The position numbers and the translations under genes were made by a program. The notes beneath the pieces were generated by a model. The model saw nothing but the letters and a program-made list of their open reading frames with translations. It had not been told where the DNA came from and did no database searches. A DNA stretch of 64,000 nt from Candidatus Obscuribacterales bacterium (GTDB taxonomy: Bacteria; Cyanobacteriota; Vampirovibrionia; Obscuribacterales; Obscuribacteraceae). The stretch is taken from NCBI GenBank assembly GCA_965228855.1, contig CBDDIJ010000004.1:64001-128000 (forward strand), read 5' to 3'. This document shows positions 9,428-20,433 of the stretch, in pieces; positions within the stretch are counted from its first letter, which is position 1, and each line of letters starts with the position of its first letter.

Positions 9428-10360
9428 TCACGCGCCGTCCTTCTTGCGGAAGTCGTAGGCATTGATGCCGAGCTTCCTCGCCTTGTCGGCGAAATTGTCC
9501 TGGATGCCGGTGCCCGGGAAAACGACGACCCCGATCGGCAGGATGTCGAGCATCGCGTCGTTGCGCTTAAAGGGTGCGGATCGGCCGTGCTTCTCCCAGT
9601 CCGGCGCGAAGCCGATTTGCGGCACGTTGCGATTGTCCGCCCACTTGGCGGCGATCAGTTCTGCGCCCCTGGGCGACTTGCCGTGGATCAGCACCATGTC
9701 GGGGTGCTTGGCGTGGACCTTGTCGAGCGCGTCCCAGACGAGGTGGTGATCGTTGAAGTCGAGGCCGCCGGTCAGGGCGATCTTCGGACCGGTCGGCAGC
9801 ATCACGTCGCTCTCGGCCTTGCGCCTTGCGGCGAGGAAATCGCGGCTGTCGACCAGGGCGGCGGTCAGGTGCCGGTGATTGACCATCGACCCCGAGCGTG
9901 GGCGCCAGGCCGAGCCGGTGTGCTGTTCGTAGCGGTCGGCGGACTGGTCGCGCATGAGTTCGAAGGCATCGCGCCGTTCGAGCATCGTCTGGCCCTGGGC
10001 GGTGAGGGTCTCGAGTTCGACCGCCTTGATCTCGGTGCCGTCCTGTTCGCGCTGCAGGCGGCGTTGGGCCTGCTCATTGTCGTCCAGTTGGCGCTCGATC
10101 CTGAGGACGGCGCGGTGGAAGACATTGCTGACCGACCAGAGCAGGTCGTCGAGATCGGGTTCGAGGCGTGTATCGGCCAGGGTGGCGATGAGGGCGTCGA
10201 AGATGTCGGCCACCGCTCCGGCCACATGGTCGCCATCGGGCAGCGGTCGCGGATCGGGCTCATCGCTGTAGGGGCGCCAGCCATAGAGCTGGAGTTCGGT
10301 GAGGACGTGGTCGGTCGGGGACGATGCGTGCTGCGGTTCGGTCTCGTCATGCTCGCTCAT
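9428..10360 (-). CDS. DUF2493 (YspA/SLOG-like) domain protein
   Basis: IALTGG, LIHG, GAELIAAKWA, APFKRNDAML, FPGTG. Confidence 0.82.
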   Translation of the reverse strand: MSEHDETEPQHASSPTDHVLTELQLYGWRPYSDEPDPRPLPDGDHVAGAVADIFDALIATLADTRLEPDLDDLLWSVSNVFHRAVLRIERQLDDNEQAQRRLQREQDGTEIKAVELETLTAQGQTMLERRDAFELMRDQSADRYEQHTGSAWRPRSGSMVNHRHLTAALVDSRDFLAARRKAESDVMLPTGPKIALTGGLDFNDHHLVWDALDKVHAKHPDMVLIHGKSPRGAELIAAKWADNRNVPQIGFAPDWEKHGRSAPFKRNDAMLDILPIGVVVFPGTGIQDNFADKARKLGINAYDFRKKDGA

Positions 10361-10698
10361 GGGGATCTCCCGTCGGCTGGACCGCGACCCTCGCGGCCTT
10401 CATGGCGACGAAAGCCCACGGGCGGGACGGCACGGCATCCGGAGCGGAGCGGAGGGCCGAAGCGTCAGCGGAGGATGGCAGAGGCCGACTATTTTGCCTC
10501 GCGATGGAAAGGCGTGCGCTCAGTCGCTGGCGTTCGCCAGCAATCGCGCGCCGCCGGAAAATAGTCGGCCGCCGCCATTGCCTGGCCGGCCCGTTTGTGG
10601 GCGCGATCGCCCTCTCGAAGGCCGGGTCGCGGCTCTCCTCTGGCGCGGTCCACAAGCGATTCAGGCGGCCCCGGACGTCGCCCTCGTCCCGTACCGGC

Positions 10699-11742
10699 TC
10701 ATGCCGCCCGCTTCATATAGCGCAGCCGATCCTGGCGCACGAGCTGCTCCGCGATTGCTGCCCGAAGTGCGTTGAGGCCGAAGTGGCGGAGATCGTCGTT
10801 GAAGTCCTCGAGCTCGGGCGACAGCACGATCGCCTCGATCCCGGCCGCGCGTGCGCGTTCGGCGAGCCTGTCACGGGCGGAGTCGCCGGCCGGATCGTTG
10901 TCGCGGACGACATAGAGCCGGTGCAAGGTCGGCGGGAAGAGGATGGCGCCGAGATGGGCCGCGGAGAGCGCTGCCGCCATGGCCATGTCGGGCAAAGCGC
11001 ATCGGAGCGATAGCGTCGTTTCGATGCCTTCGCCGGCTGCCATGACGCTGGTTGGTACACCGAAGCGGACGGCGTGACCGAGGAGATCACCCATGGCGCG
11101 TCGTGGCGTGTCGAGGGGCGCCTTGCCGGCACCGTCAGGGTCGAGCCAGGTCCGGTGCGCGCCAGTCTGATGTCCGCTCAGATCGGTGACCGCGGCGATC
11201 ATGGCCGGCCAGGTCTCGGTCGGTCCGTGGTCCTCGGGCCGATAGTAGCAGCGCGGGTGGAAGCGAAGTGATCCGGTTCCGTGCAAAATCGCAATGCCGC
11301 GTCCCCGCAGATACGATTCCACGAGCGTGCCGGGGATCGGTTGCGACATGGCGAAGAGGCGCCGCGAGGCTTCCGGCGATCCGGTCGGGACCGTTGTCGC
11401 GCCGGGGCGCGAAGAGTGCCGTTGTGGCTCCTGTCGAGGCATGGCGAGAAAGCTCCGGGCCTCGTTGGCCACGGCCTTGAAGTCGATGAGACCGAGCGCA
11501 TCGCGAATGACATCGAGCAGGTCGCCATGCTCGCCGGTGGCTGCGTCGGTCCACTTGCCGGCCGGTCCCTTCGGCGAATCCCTGAGCCGGACGAACATCG
11601 AACGGCCCGATGCGTTGCGGACATCGCCGACCTGCCAGTAATTGCCGGAGCGACGTCCGTTGGAAAGATAGTGTCGGCACACCGCCTCGGCATGTTCGCC
11701 GAGACGGTGCGCGAGTTCGGCGGCATCGTGGCGCGGCATCAT
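10699..11742 (-). CDS. Toprim-domain primase-like protein
   Basis: AGEGIET and DND toprim motifs, DFND; start overlaps upstream stop. Confidence 0.82.
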   Translation of the reverse strand: MMPRHDAAELAHRLGEHAEAVCRHYLSNGRRSGNYWQVGDVRNASGRSMFVRLRDSPKGPAGKWTDAATGEHGDLLDVIRDALGLIDFKAVANEARSFLAMPRQEPQRHSSRPGATTVPTGSPEASRRLFAMSQPIPGTLVESYLRGRGIAILHGTGSLRFHPRCYYRPEDHGPTETWPAMIAAVTDLSGHQTGAHRTWLDPDGAGKAPLDTPRRAMGDLLGHAVRFGVPTSVMAAGEGIETTLSLRCALPDMAMAAALSAAHLGAILFPPTLHRLYVVRDNDPAGDSARDRLAERARAAGIEAIVLSPELEDFNDDLRHFGLNALRAAIAEQLVRQDRLRYMKRAA

Positions 11743-14700
11743 GCGGTCTCCCGATCGCTGACGCACGCGACCGGCCAGCGTCCGAGCACGCGGCCCAGCA
11801 CGGGGATGCCGGCGGCATCGGTCGGCACGAACATCCTGAGCTTCCACGAAATGATCTCGTGGAAGAGCCCGTAAGCGGTGAGCCGCTCGCGCATCGTGTC
11901 GGTGAAACCGGAGAGTTCGATGCGCCAGGCGCCCATGACGCGGACGCGTCGCAGTTGCAGTCCCTCGGCGAGATCAAGGATGGTGCGCCCGTCCACCAGT
12001 GCCGCAAACACCTGCTCGGGCGGGAGCGAGGGAACGCCGGTCGTCGTGGCATTGGCGGCCCAGGCCGGCGAGACGCGGCGGCCGATGATGCGCTCGCCGG
12101 CATCGGTCTGTAGCCGATAGACCCGCGTCGACTCGTTCGGCAGGCGCCGCCAGATCGGCAGCAGCAGGCCGGTCACCATATGCAGGACGCTGTCGGAGAA
12201 TTCCGGCACCTCGGCGATTTCGGCCTGCCATGCCGTCACAAACGCGTTGCGATCGGCCTCGGTCCAGCGGGTTTCACCCATCGTCTTGAGCGGCAGGTTC
12301 TGGGATTCCATCGGCCGGATCAGGCGGACCCGCCGTTCGATCTCGCCATCATCGAGCATGACGCTGGTGGTCGGGATCTGCACGGCGGCGCGGCCGGACT
12401 GCTCGTTCACGAGCAGCATGGCGCGCGGATGGCCGAGGTGGTCAAACGCCGCATCGAGCGTGACCGGCCGGTTGCGCTGACGCTCGGTGATGGTCAGCAG
12501 GCGGGTCTCGGCGCCGGTGCGCGGATGCGTATAGATCACCTCCCGGCCGGTGACGGCGAAGCTCTCGGCCCGGAGTGTTTCGAGCCCGGCGTCGTAGGTG
12601 CCTGACGCGATGGCGCCCTCGATCCGTGCGGCGAGCAGTTGCTCGAAGGCCTCGAACAGCACGCCCTGCAACTCGATGGTGAGCGCGAGCATGCGGTTGA
12701 GGAAGGTGGTGATCGGCGGCAGTTCGTCCTTGATGCCGGTGTCGTCCATGAGCTTGAGACCGGTGGCGGACTCGAAGCGTTCGAGCGAACAGCCTTCGAC
12801 CTTGCCGCGGACGATGACCATGTAGAGCTGGCGCAGCGCGTCGCGAGCATAGTGGCTTTCGAGATTGTCCTCGGGGCGAAATAGCCCCTGGCCCCCGGTC
12901 TGGCGCTGCCCGCGGGTGATGGCGCCCAGCGTGTCGAGGCGACGCGCGATGGTCGACAGGAAGCGCTTCTCGGCCTTCACATTGGTCGAGATGGGACGGA
13001 ACAGCGGCTGCTGAGCCTGGTTGGTCCGGTGCGTGCGGCCGAGGCCCTGGATGGCGGTGTCAGCCTTCCAGCCGGCCTCGAGCAGATAGTGCACGCGCAG
13101 CCGCCTGTTCCGGGCGGAAAGCTCGGCGTGGTAGCTGCGTCCCGTGCCGCCGGCGTCGCTGAAGACAAGAACGCGCTTGTGGTCATCCATGAAGGCCTGT
13201 GTTTCGGCGAGGTTGGCCGATCCCGCGCGGGTCTCGACCACGAGGCGGTCGCCGCCAGGGGCTGATCCGGGCTTGCGCACGATGCGCCGCGACCGGCCGG
13301 TCACCTCGGCGATGATGTCAGTGCCAAAATGCTGGACGATCTGATCCAGCGCCCCAGGCACGGGCGGCAGGCTGGCGAGCCTTGCGATCAGGTCGTCGCG
13401 GCGGGCAACGGCCTCGCGACTCTCGATCGGCTGGCCGTCGCGATAGACCGGGCGCGACGACAGATTGCCCTCCGAGTTTGTGAACGGCTCGTAGAGCTGG
13501 ACCGGGAAGGAATGGGCGAGATAGTCGAGGACATATTCGCGCGGCGTAATGTCGACGCGAACGTCGTTCCATTCCTCGGTCGGCAACTCACTGAGACGCC
13601 GTTCCATCAGCGCCTCGCCGGTCGATACGATCTGGATGACGGCCGAATGGCCATCGGCCAGGTCGCGGGTGATCGAGCGGATCAGGGTCGGCGTCTTCAT
13701 CGAGGTGAGCAGGTGCCCGAAGAAGCGCTGCTTGGCGCTTTCGAAGGCCGAGCGGGCGGCCGACTTGGCCTGTGCGTTCAGCGTGACGGAATTGCCGGTG
13801 ATGTTGGCCGCCTGCATCGCCGCGTCGAGGTTGTTATGGATGATGGCAAAGGCGCCCGCATAGGCGTCGTAGATCCGGACCTGCTCGGGCGACAGTTCGT
13901 GCTCGACCAGTTCGTATTCGACGCCGGCGAAGGAGAGCGAGCGGGCGGTGTAGAGGCCGAGCGCCCGCAGGTCTCGGGCGAGCACCTCCATCGCTGCGAC
14001 GCCGCCGGATTCGATCGCCTCGACGAATTCGGCGCGGGTCGAGAAGGGAAAATGCTCGCCGCCCCAGAGGCCCAGCCGCTGGGCGTAGGCGAGATTGTGG
14101 ACGGTGGTGGCGCCGGTCGCCGAGACATAGAGGATGCGCGCGTTCGGCAAAGCGTGCTGCAGCCGGAGCCCTGCGCGGCCCTGCTGGGAGGCGGCGACAT
14201 CGCCCCGTTCGCCCTTGACGCCAACGGCATTCTGCATGGCATGGCTCTCGTCGAACACGATCACGCCGTCGAAATCGGCGCCCAACCAATCGACGATCTG
14301 CCGGACCCGCGAAACCTTGTCGCCGCGGTCGTCGGAGCGCAGCGTGGCATAGGTGGTGAATAGGACGCCTTCGGGGAGCGTGATCGGCTTGCCCTGCGGG
14401 AAGCGCGAGAGCGGCGTAACCAGCAGCCGCTCCATGCCGAGGGCCGACCAGTCGCGCTGGGCGTCCTCGATCAGCTTGTCGGACTTCGAGATCCAGAGCG
14501 CCTTGCGGCGCCCCTGCAGCCAATGATCGAGGATGATGGCCGCCGATTCACGGCCCTTGCCGACGCCGGTGCCGTCACCGATCATGAAGCCCTGGCGGAA
14601 GCGGACGGCACCCGCGGCCTCATCCGGCGCGGCGCTGACGACATCGAAGGTGTCGTCTACCGCCCAGGCGCCGGCGAGGAATTCCGAATGGGCTTCGCCG

Positions 14701-16086
14701 GCATAGATCACTGTCTCGAGCTGGGCGTCGGACAGCAGGTCGAGGACATTGTGCGGCAGGCGCGGCCGGTAGCTCGGCCGGGGTGGCGTGACGCTCGCCA
14801 TCGCAGCCGATTGCACGAGTTGGGTCGGGTGCGCCTGAGAGCCGGGAATACGGATCGCCTGAAGTCCGTAGGCCTCATAGATGGCATCGCTGATGCTGGC
14901 GTCCCTCGGCCGGCTGCGCGTCGACAATCTCATAGGTGAGCTCGATGCCCTCGGGCTCGGCGAGCGCGGCCCGCGGCGCGGCTCGCGTGGCACGGGCGAC
15001 ATAGCCCCGGACCGTCCGCGGCGCGGCAGGAGTCGAGGTGTTGGCCGACATCTCCGGGAGCGCGACCGGCAGGCGCGCCGGGACCTGCGCGCCGACCCAG
15101 GCCAGCAGCGTGGCGGCATCGGGCGCGACGCCGGGCGTTGTCGGGAAGACGGCGGGATCGTCGGCCGGCAGCTTGTCGATGACGGTGAGCCGCGTGTCGA
15201 TCGTCGTGCCGTGTCTGGCATAGACCGCGCCGTCGATCGCGGCCGAGAACACGACGCTGCCACGCTCCTGCAGGCGCGAAAATGCCGGCGCCCAGGCCGG
15301 ATTGTCGGGCGCGAAGCTGGCGCCCGTGATGGTCACGAGGCGGCCCCCCGGCGCCAGGCGCGCCAGCGCCGAGGTGACATGGCGGACCACCGCGTCTGCG
15401 ACGCGGCCCTCGACATTGGCCATCACCGAGAACGGGGGGTTCATCAGCACGACGCTCGGCACGGCGCCTGGGTCGAGATGATCGTCGATCTGGGCGGCAT
15501 CGAAGCGGGTGACGGACACGGCCGGAAAGAGGGAGGAGAGAAGACCGGCGCGTATGTCGGCGAGTTCGTTGAGCAGCAGCGTGCCGCCGGAGATCTCGGC
15601 GAGGATGGCGAGCAGGCCCGTGCCGGCGGAAGGTTCGAGCACGCGGTCGGCCGGCGTGATGGCGGCGGCGGTTGCGGCGACGAGGCCGAGCGGGATCGGC
15701 GTCGAGAACTGCTGGAAGGCCTGCGACTCTTCGGAGCGGCGCGTATGCGTCGGCAGCAGGCTCGCGATCGTCGACAGAGCGGAAAGCCGCAAAGCCGGAG
15801 ACGCGGCTTTGCGGAACAGCGCCTTTCCGTATTTGCGCAGGAACAGGAGGGTGGCCGCCTCGCAGGCCTCGTAGGCCTGCTTCCAGTCCCAGGCGCCGAC
15901 GGCATCGGAGGCGCCGAAGGCGACCTCCATGCTGGCGCGCAGGATCGGCGCGTCGATCCGCTCACCGCGCTCGAGATGGGGCAGGAGAAGAGTCGCGGCG
16001 GCGAACACCGCGGCGGCGGTGTCGGGTCTGGCGAGCGGAAGCGGCGCGGCGGCAAACGCTGCCGCGGATGCGGAGGTCGGGGTCAT
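11739..16086 (-). pseudogene. Methyltransferase + strawberry-notch helicase fusion with a 1-nt frameshift near 14904
   Basis: LEPSAGTG and NPPF in the 5' ORF; GDGTGVGKG, DESH, QGLGRTHR in the 3' ORF; removing one G gives E-D-A-S-I-S. May be a sequencing error. Confidence 0.75.
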
Positions 16087-16205
16087 GATGGGATCCTCGG
16101 AGAGCAGCAGGAAATCGAGCCGCGCGCAGCGCTCTCTCTGGACCGGAGCGGCTCGAACCCGTCCCGGCCAGCCTCTCCCTCTCGGTCATCCCCTGGACCT
16201 GACAT

Positions 16206-16238
16206 GAAACAAGCGCCCGGCCGCAGCACGGGCGCTTG
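16206..16238 (-). terminator. Probable intrinsic terminator
   Basis: CAAGCGCCCG/CGGGCGCTTG stem followed by short TTT on the minus strand, just after stop at 16263. Confidence 0.55.
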
Positions 16239-16262
16239 AGGAGGATCAGTGACGGTAATTTC

Positions 16263-16523
16263 CTATTCGGCCGCCTCGGCAGCGGGCAGGAAGCCGTTCG
16301 GGTCGGCGGGATCGGGCGGCCGATAGGTGTCGAAGGGATTGCCCTCGGCCAGATGCCCGAACGGTGTGAACGTGTAGTCCGCGCCGTCGCGACCGACGGC
16401 ACAGATCACGTAGCGCGGCTGCGCCGTTTCGGCGTCGAGGCACTCCATCAGTGTCAGATTGCCATCGTCGGCGGCGCGGAGCAGCGTCTGGAAATTGGCG
16501 CGGACAAACTCGGGAATGCTCAT
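16263..16523 (-). CDS. Small conserved ICE protein (DUF6117-like)
   Basis: ANFQTLLRAA..LMEC..RYVICAV..TPFGHL. Confidence 0.65.
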   Translation of the reverse strand: MSIPEFVRANFQTLLRAADDGNLTLMECLDAETAQPRYVICAVGRDGADYTFTPFGHLAEGNPFDTYRPPDPADPNGFLPAAEAAE

Positions 16524-16945
16524 GACACGCCCCTCGCGCTGCCCGGTTCGTCCGGCCCGCGTGCGCCATCGAGGACGGCTTCGGCGAGTTGCGCCGCCCA
16601 TTTTGCCTTGGCGGTCCATTCAGGGGCCGTCGTTCGACCCGCTTCGGAATCGGCGAGGAGGATCTTGAGCAGGCCGAGCAGGACTTCGAAGTGCCGCGCC
16701 TGGCGTTGCAGCGTTTCCTCAAACTGCGGGGCGACTTGTACTGCGCGACCACGGTGAGCGGCATCGGCGCCTTGCCAGATGCCGGTCACGAAGGTCTTGC
16801 CAGCGGACTCGCAATCCTCTTTCTGTTGCGACCAGTCCTTGTCCTCGATGGCGAGACGGCAGGCCGCTTCGGGCGTCTCGGCCGTATAGGTGCGGTGCCG
16901 GTAGACCGGCAGGTGATACGTCGTTTCAACGGTGAATTCGGGCAT
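16520..16945 (-). CDS. Hypothetical ICE protein
   Basis: GGAGA RBS; stop overlaps next start. Confidence 0.65.
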   Translation of the reverse strand: MPEFTVETTYHLPVYRHRTYTAETPEAACRLAIEDKDWSQQKEDCESAGKTFVTGIWQGADAAHRGRAVQVAPQFEETLQRQARHFEVLLGLLKILLADSEAGRTTAPEWTAKAKWAAQLAEAVLDGARGPDEPGSARGVS

Positions 16946-17068
16946 GATCGGTCTCCGCAAAGCGAACTGCCCGGCGCTCGTTCAGGAGCCCGGGCAGGTT
17001 CGCCTCGTTCGTGGGGATGATTGAGAGTGGCGGTCGTTCCGCCGTGAAAGGCGGTGGGCTCGCCGGTG

Positions 17069-17545
17069 TCAGGCTGCGGCGCGTCCCTCGACGGCATCAG
17101 CGCTGAGTTCGTCGGCGGTCACCTCGTCGATGCGGGCCTGGTGATGGCGGTTTCGCGCCAGCCACAACTCGGCCGCCTCGCGGCTTTCGGCGAGATGCAG
17201 CAGTTCTTCACCGTCGCCGACGGATTGCAGCACGCGGACTTGGCCAATGCGGGGACGTTCGATGACGCGGAACCTCAGATCGCTGTTGATCCCGTAGGTG
17301 CGCATCACCGAGACGAGGATGATGCCATTCTGGCCGAACGTCCCCTCATGCAGGGTGAAGCAGGGCGGGGACGTGTAGGTGGGGCGTTCGCGCGCCGGCT
17401 CCTTGCGAACCAGCCGGCCGGTGCCGTTGCGGCGCTCCCAGGCCGCGAGCTTTTTGGTGAAGCGCGCCGACGGTCGAGGCGCGCCGTCCGAATAGGCGAC
17501 CAGCGCGCCGAGCGGGGCGATGTCGAAGATCAAAGAGGCAGACAT
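17069..17545 (-). CDS. Hypothetical ICE protein
   Basis: AGGAGA RBS; protein-like composition; follows parB. Confidence 0.65.
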   Translation of the reverse strand: MSASLIFDIAPLGALVAYSDGAPRPSARFTKKLAAWERRNGTGRLVRKEPARERPTYTSPPCFTLHEGTFGQNGIILVSVMRTYGINSDLRFRVIERPRIGQVRVLQSVGDGEELLHLAESREAAELWLARNRHHQARIDEVTADELSADAVEGRAAA

Positions 17546-17560
17546 TGCAATCTCTCCTGA

Positions 17561-17589
17561 AACGGAAAGGCCCGGCAGAGCGCCGGGCC
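17561..17589 (-). terminator. Probable terminator after parB
   Basis: GGCCCGGC/GCCGGGCC stem followed by TTTCCGTTT on the minus strand. Confidence 0.5.
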
Positions 17590-17629
17590 ATGAGGATGAA
17601 GTGAGGGTGACCCGTCTGTTGGGGGGCTG

Positions 17630-19762
17630 CTACTCGGCAGCGATCGGCTGCACCGGCTCGTCGGTGTCGGCCCCGACAGGATCTTCCTCGCCGGCGAGGA
17701 AGGCCGGCAGCGCCGCGCGGTCGTCGTCATCCATGTCCTGCTGAACGCCGGCGGGTTCGTCACCGGCGAGGCGCAGCGGCTCGGGCAGCCAGCCGCTATC
17801 GGCAAGCAGCCGCTCCGCCTCCTTGGCCATCTCGCCCTTCTTGAGATGGTCGATCAGTTGCGCCGCGCGTTCGCCGGCACCCTCGCGCACCGCTTCGAGG
17901 ATGCGGGACTTGGTGACGCGGCCGAGATAGTTGGCGACGGTCGGCCGCCAGCCGGCGTCGACCATGTCCAATCCGGTCACTCGGGCCAGTCGGGCAGCCT
18001 CGCGCAGGCGCTGCTCGAGCCCCTGCTGGCTGACGCCGGAGCCGTAGGGGTTGATGCGCTCGTAAAGCGCATTGATCCCGAAACTGACGCAATGCGCCAG
18101 AAGCGCCAGCCGGCTGGCCTCGTCGAGGGCATCGAGCCACGTCCACAGCGCCTCGTCGTCGCCGAAGGGAATGTCCGCCTTCCAGGCCTCCTGCCGGTCG
18201 GCGACAGCCCTGGCGTCCGAACTGTCCTTGAGCTCGGCGTCCTGCGCGGTGAAGTAAACATGGCGGACGGAGGCTTCGAGACAGCCGATCGAGGAGCGCT
18301 GACCGAAGGTGTCGAGCACCAGCCGATGGAGCAGCGCCGTCATGGCGATGTGCGGGTTGCCGGCGACGGCATTACGCAGGGCCAGTGTGCGATGTGCGGT
18401 GAGGTCGATGACCAGCCGCTCCGGCAGCGGCTTGATGGCGTCGCTGTCCTCCTCCTCGTCGGGCTCCGACGCCTGCGCGCCGATGGTGATCGTGGTCCGC
18501 CGAACCGCGGGATCGCCGCCATCACCCTCGGGCACATCATCCGGCTGGTCGGCGTCGCCGCCGACCGGTTCGGGGGCCTCGTCCTCGGGCCGGACATAGC
18601 CGCGATCAACGACCAGATCGCCGTCGCGATCGATGCTGACGAACGCGCCGGCGCTGGTAATCTCGGCCGGCTCGTAGATCATCGGACGGTTCTCGAACTG
18701 CTCGAGCGCCTGCTCGATCTCGCCGAACCGCTGATCGACCTCATCGGGCAGTTCGTCGGCCTCGCCATACTGCGCCGCGATCTGATCATACTCGCTTCGC
18801 AGCGCTGTTCTGCTGGCCTGCTCCTCGTCGCTGAGATCGGCGAAGGTGCCGGTCAGGGAGCGCAGGCCGTGCTCATGGCCATAGGGCAGGTCGACGTCGA
18901 CGACGATCCACTTCCACCCTTCGGCGGCGATCGCGTCGGCACTGGCGCGCAGCTTCTCGCCGACGAGACGATCGAGCAGCGCCGGATCCTGCAGCCAGCC
19001 GCCATTGTCGACCTCGAACAGATCGCGCAGCACGACACCGCCGGCGGCGACATAGGCGTCGACCCCGACGAACAAGGCTCGACGGTCACTGGCCCGGATC
19101 GCCGTCTCGGTTAGCATGCGCCGGATCTGATGCGGCTCCTGTGACCAGGAATTCTGGAGCGCCTCCCAGACCTGTTCCTGGCGCGAATGATCGTCGGTCA
19201 CGGTGAAGGCCATGAGCTGGTCGAGCTTCATGCCATCCTGCTCATAGATGTCGAGCAGCTTGGACGAGACCTTGGCGAGACGCAGCCGCTGCTGCACGAA
19301 GGTGGCCGACACGAAGAAGCGTGCCGCGATCTCCTCGTGCGTCGCGCCCTGGTCGTGGAGCGTCTGGAAGGCCCGGAACATGTCGAGGGGATGCAGGTCC
19401 TCGCGCTGGAAATTCTCCGCGAGCGAGTCTTCCTCGATCGGCACGACGCTGTTGGCATCCGAGACGACGCAGGGGACCGTTTCGGTCCTGGCCATGCGCT
19501 TTTGCTTGACCAGCAGTTCGAGCGCGCGGTAGCGGCGCCCGCCGGCGGGCACCTCGAACATGCCGGTCTCGTTGCGCTCGCCATCGAGCACGGGCCGGAC
19601 GTTGAGGCTCTGGAGGAGCCCCCGCCGCGCAATGGACGCGGCGAGATCCTCGATCGACTGTCCGTTCTTGATGCGCCGGACATTGGCTTGGCTGAGCATC
19701 AGCTTGTTGAAGGGGATGTCGCGCGAGGCGTTGAGTGTGATCTTCTGCTTGGCGGTTGCCAT
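17630..19762 (-). CDS. ParB/Spo0J-domain protein (long ICE form)
   Basis: GLLQSLNVR, AGGRRYRAL, SLAENFQREDL, HTH. Confidence 0.88.
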   Translation of the reverse strand: MATAKQKITLNASRDIPFNKLMLSQANVRRIKNGQSIEDLAASIARRGLLQSLNVRPVLDGERNETGMFEVPAGGRRYRALELLVKQKRMARTETVPCVVSDANSVVPIEEDSLAENFQREDLHPLDMFRAFQTLHDQGATHEEIAARFFVSATFVQQRLRLAKVSSKLLDIYEQDGMKLDQLMAFTVTDDHSRQEQVWEALQNSWSQEPHQIRRMLTETAIRASDRRALFVGVDAYVAAGGVVLRDLFEVDNGGWLQDPALLDRLVGEKLRASADAIAAEGWKWIVVDVDLPYGHEHGLRSLTGTFADLSDEEQASRTALRSEYDQIAAQYGEADELPDEVDQRFGEIEQALEQFENRPMIYEPAEITSAGAFVSIDRDGDLVVDRGYVRPEDEAPEPVGGDADQPDDVPEGDGGDPAVRRTTITIGAQASEPDEEEDSDAIKPLPERLVIDLTAHRTLALRNAVAGNPHIAMTALLHRLVLDTFGQRSSIGCLEASVRHVYFTAQDAELKDSSDARAVADRQEAWKADIPFGDDEALWTWLDALDEASRLALLAHCVSFGINALYERINPYGSGVSQQGLEQRLREAARLARVTGLDMVDAGWRPTVANYLGRVTKSRILEAVREGAGERAAQLIDHLKKGEMAKEAERLLADSGWLPEPLRLAGDEPAGVQQDMDDDDRAALPAFLAGEEDPVGADTDEPVQPIAAE

Positions 19763-19944
19763 GATCGTGTCTCCGCGACGGGCAGCCGGGAACTCCTCTC
19801 GACCTCCAACCCGTCACGAAGAGCGGCGCCGCCCTCTCACTCTGAGGACGGCGCCGCATGCCCGGCGTTCGGGTGACTGGAAGCCACCACCCCGGGAGCC
19901 GCGTGCGGAGAACACCGGGCACCGCGGGGGGGGCCGACAAGCAA

Positions 19945-20433
19945 CTAGATTTCGCCTCGGGCACGCAGACTGACCTCCCGTCCGATACCGACGATGATGT
20001 GGTCATGCAGCGTCACGCCCAGAACCTTGCAGCTCTTCTGGATTTCCCTGGTCATCGCAATGTCGGCCAGCGATGGTTCAGGATCACCGGCAGGATGGTT
20101 GTGAACGATGATCAGCGCGGTCGCGTTGAGAGCCAGAGCCCGCCTGAGAATTTCCCGGGGGTAGACCGGCACGTGATCGACCGTGCCTACGGAGAGGCAC
20201 TCATCCGAGATGAGCCGGTTCTTCCGGTTGAGATACAGGACATGAAATCGCTCCACTTCGCCGCGGATCGTGAGAGCGCAATAGTCCAGCACCGCCTGCC
20301 AGGATGACAGGACGGGATTCTGGTTGAGGCAGCGCAGCAGGATCTGGCGCGCCTCATAGATGACGACCTGTTCCTTGGCCGAGAGCAGTACCGACTGTGG
20401 CTCCGCTTCGAGTGTCCTCTGATGTCGTGTCAT
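19945..20433 (-). CDS. radC: RadC/JAB-domain protein
   Basis: VYPREI, HNHPAGDPEPS..D, LHDHII. Confidence 0.9.
   Translation of the reverse strand: MTRHQRTLEAEPQSVLLSAKEQVVIYEARQILLRCLNQNPVLSSWQAVLDYCALTIRGEVERFHVLYLNRKNRLISDECLSVGTVDHVPVYPREILRRALALNATALIIVHNHPAGDPEPSLADIAMTREIQKSCKVLGVTLHDHIIVGIGREVSLRARGEI

Noticed and set aside
9116..10564. 482-aa plus-strand ORF and similar long antisense ORFs (14881-16239, 17846-19114, 24989-26131)
   Set aside because: Typical high-GC antisense frames over well-supported minus-strand genes; no motifs.
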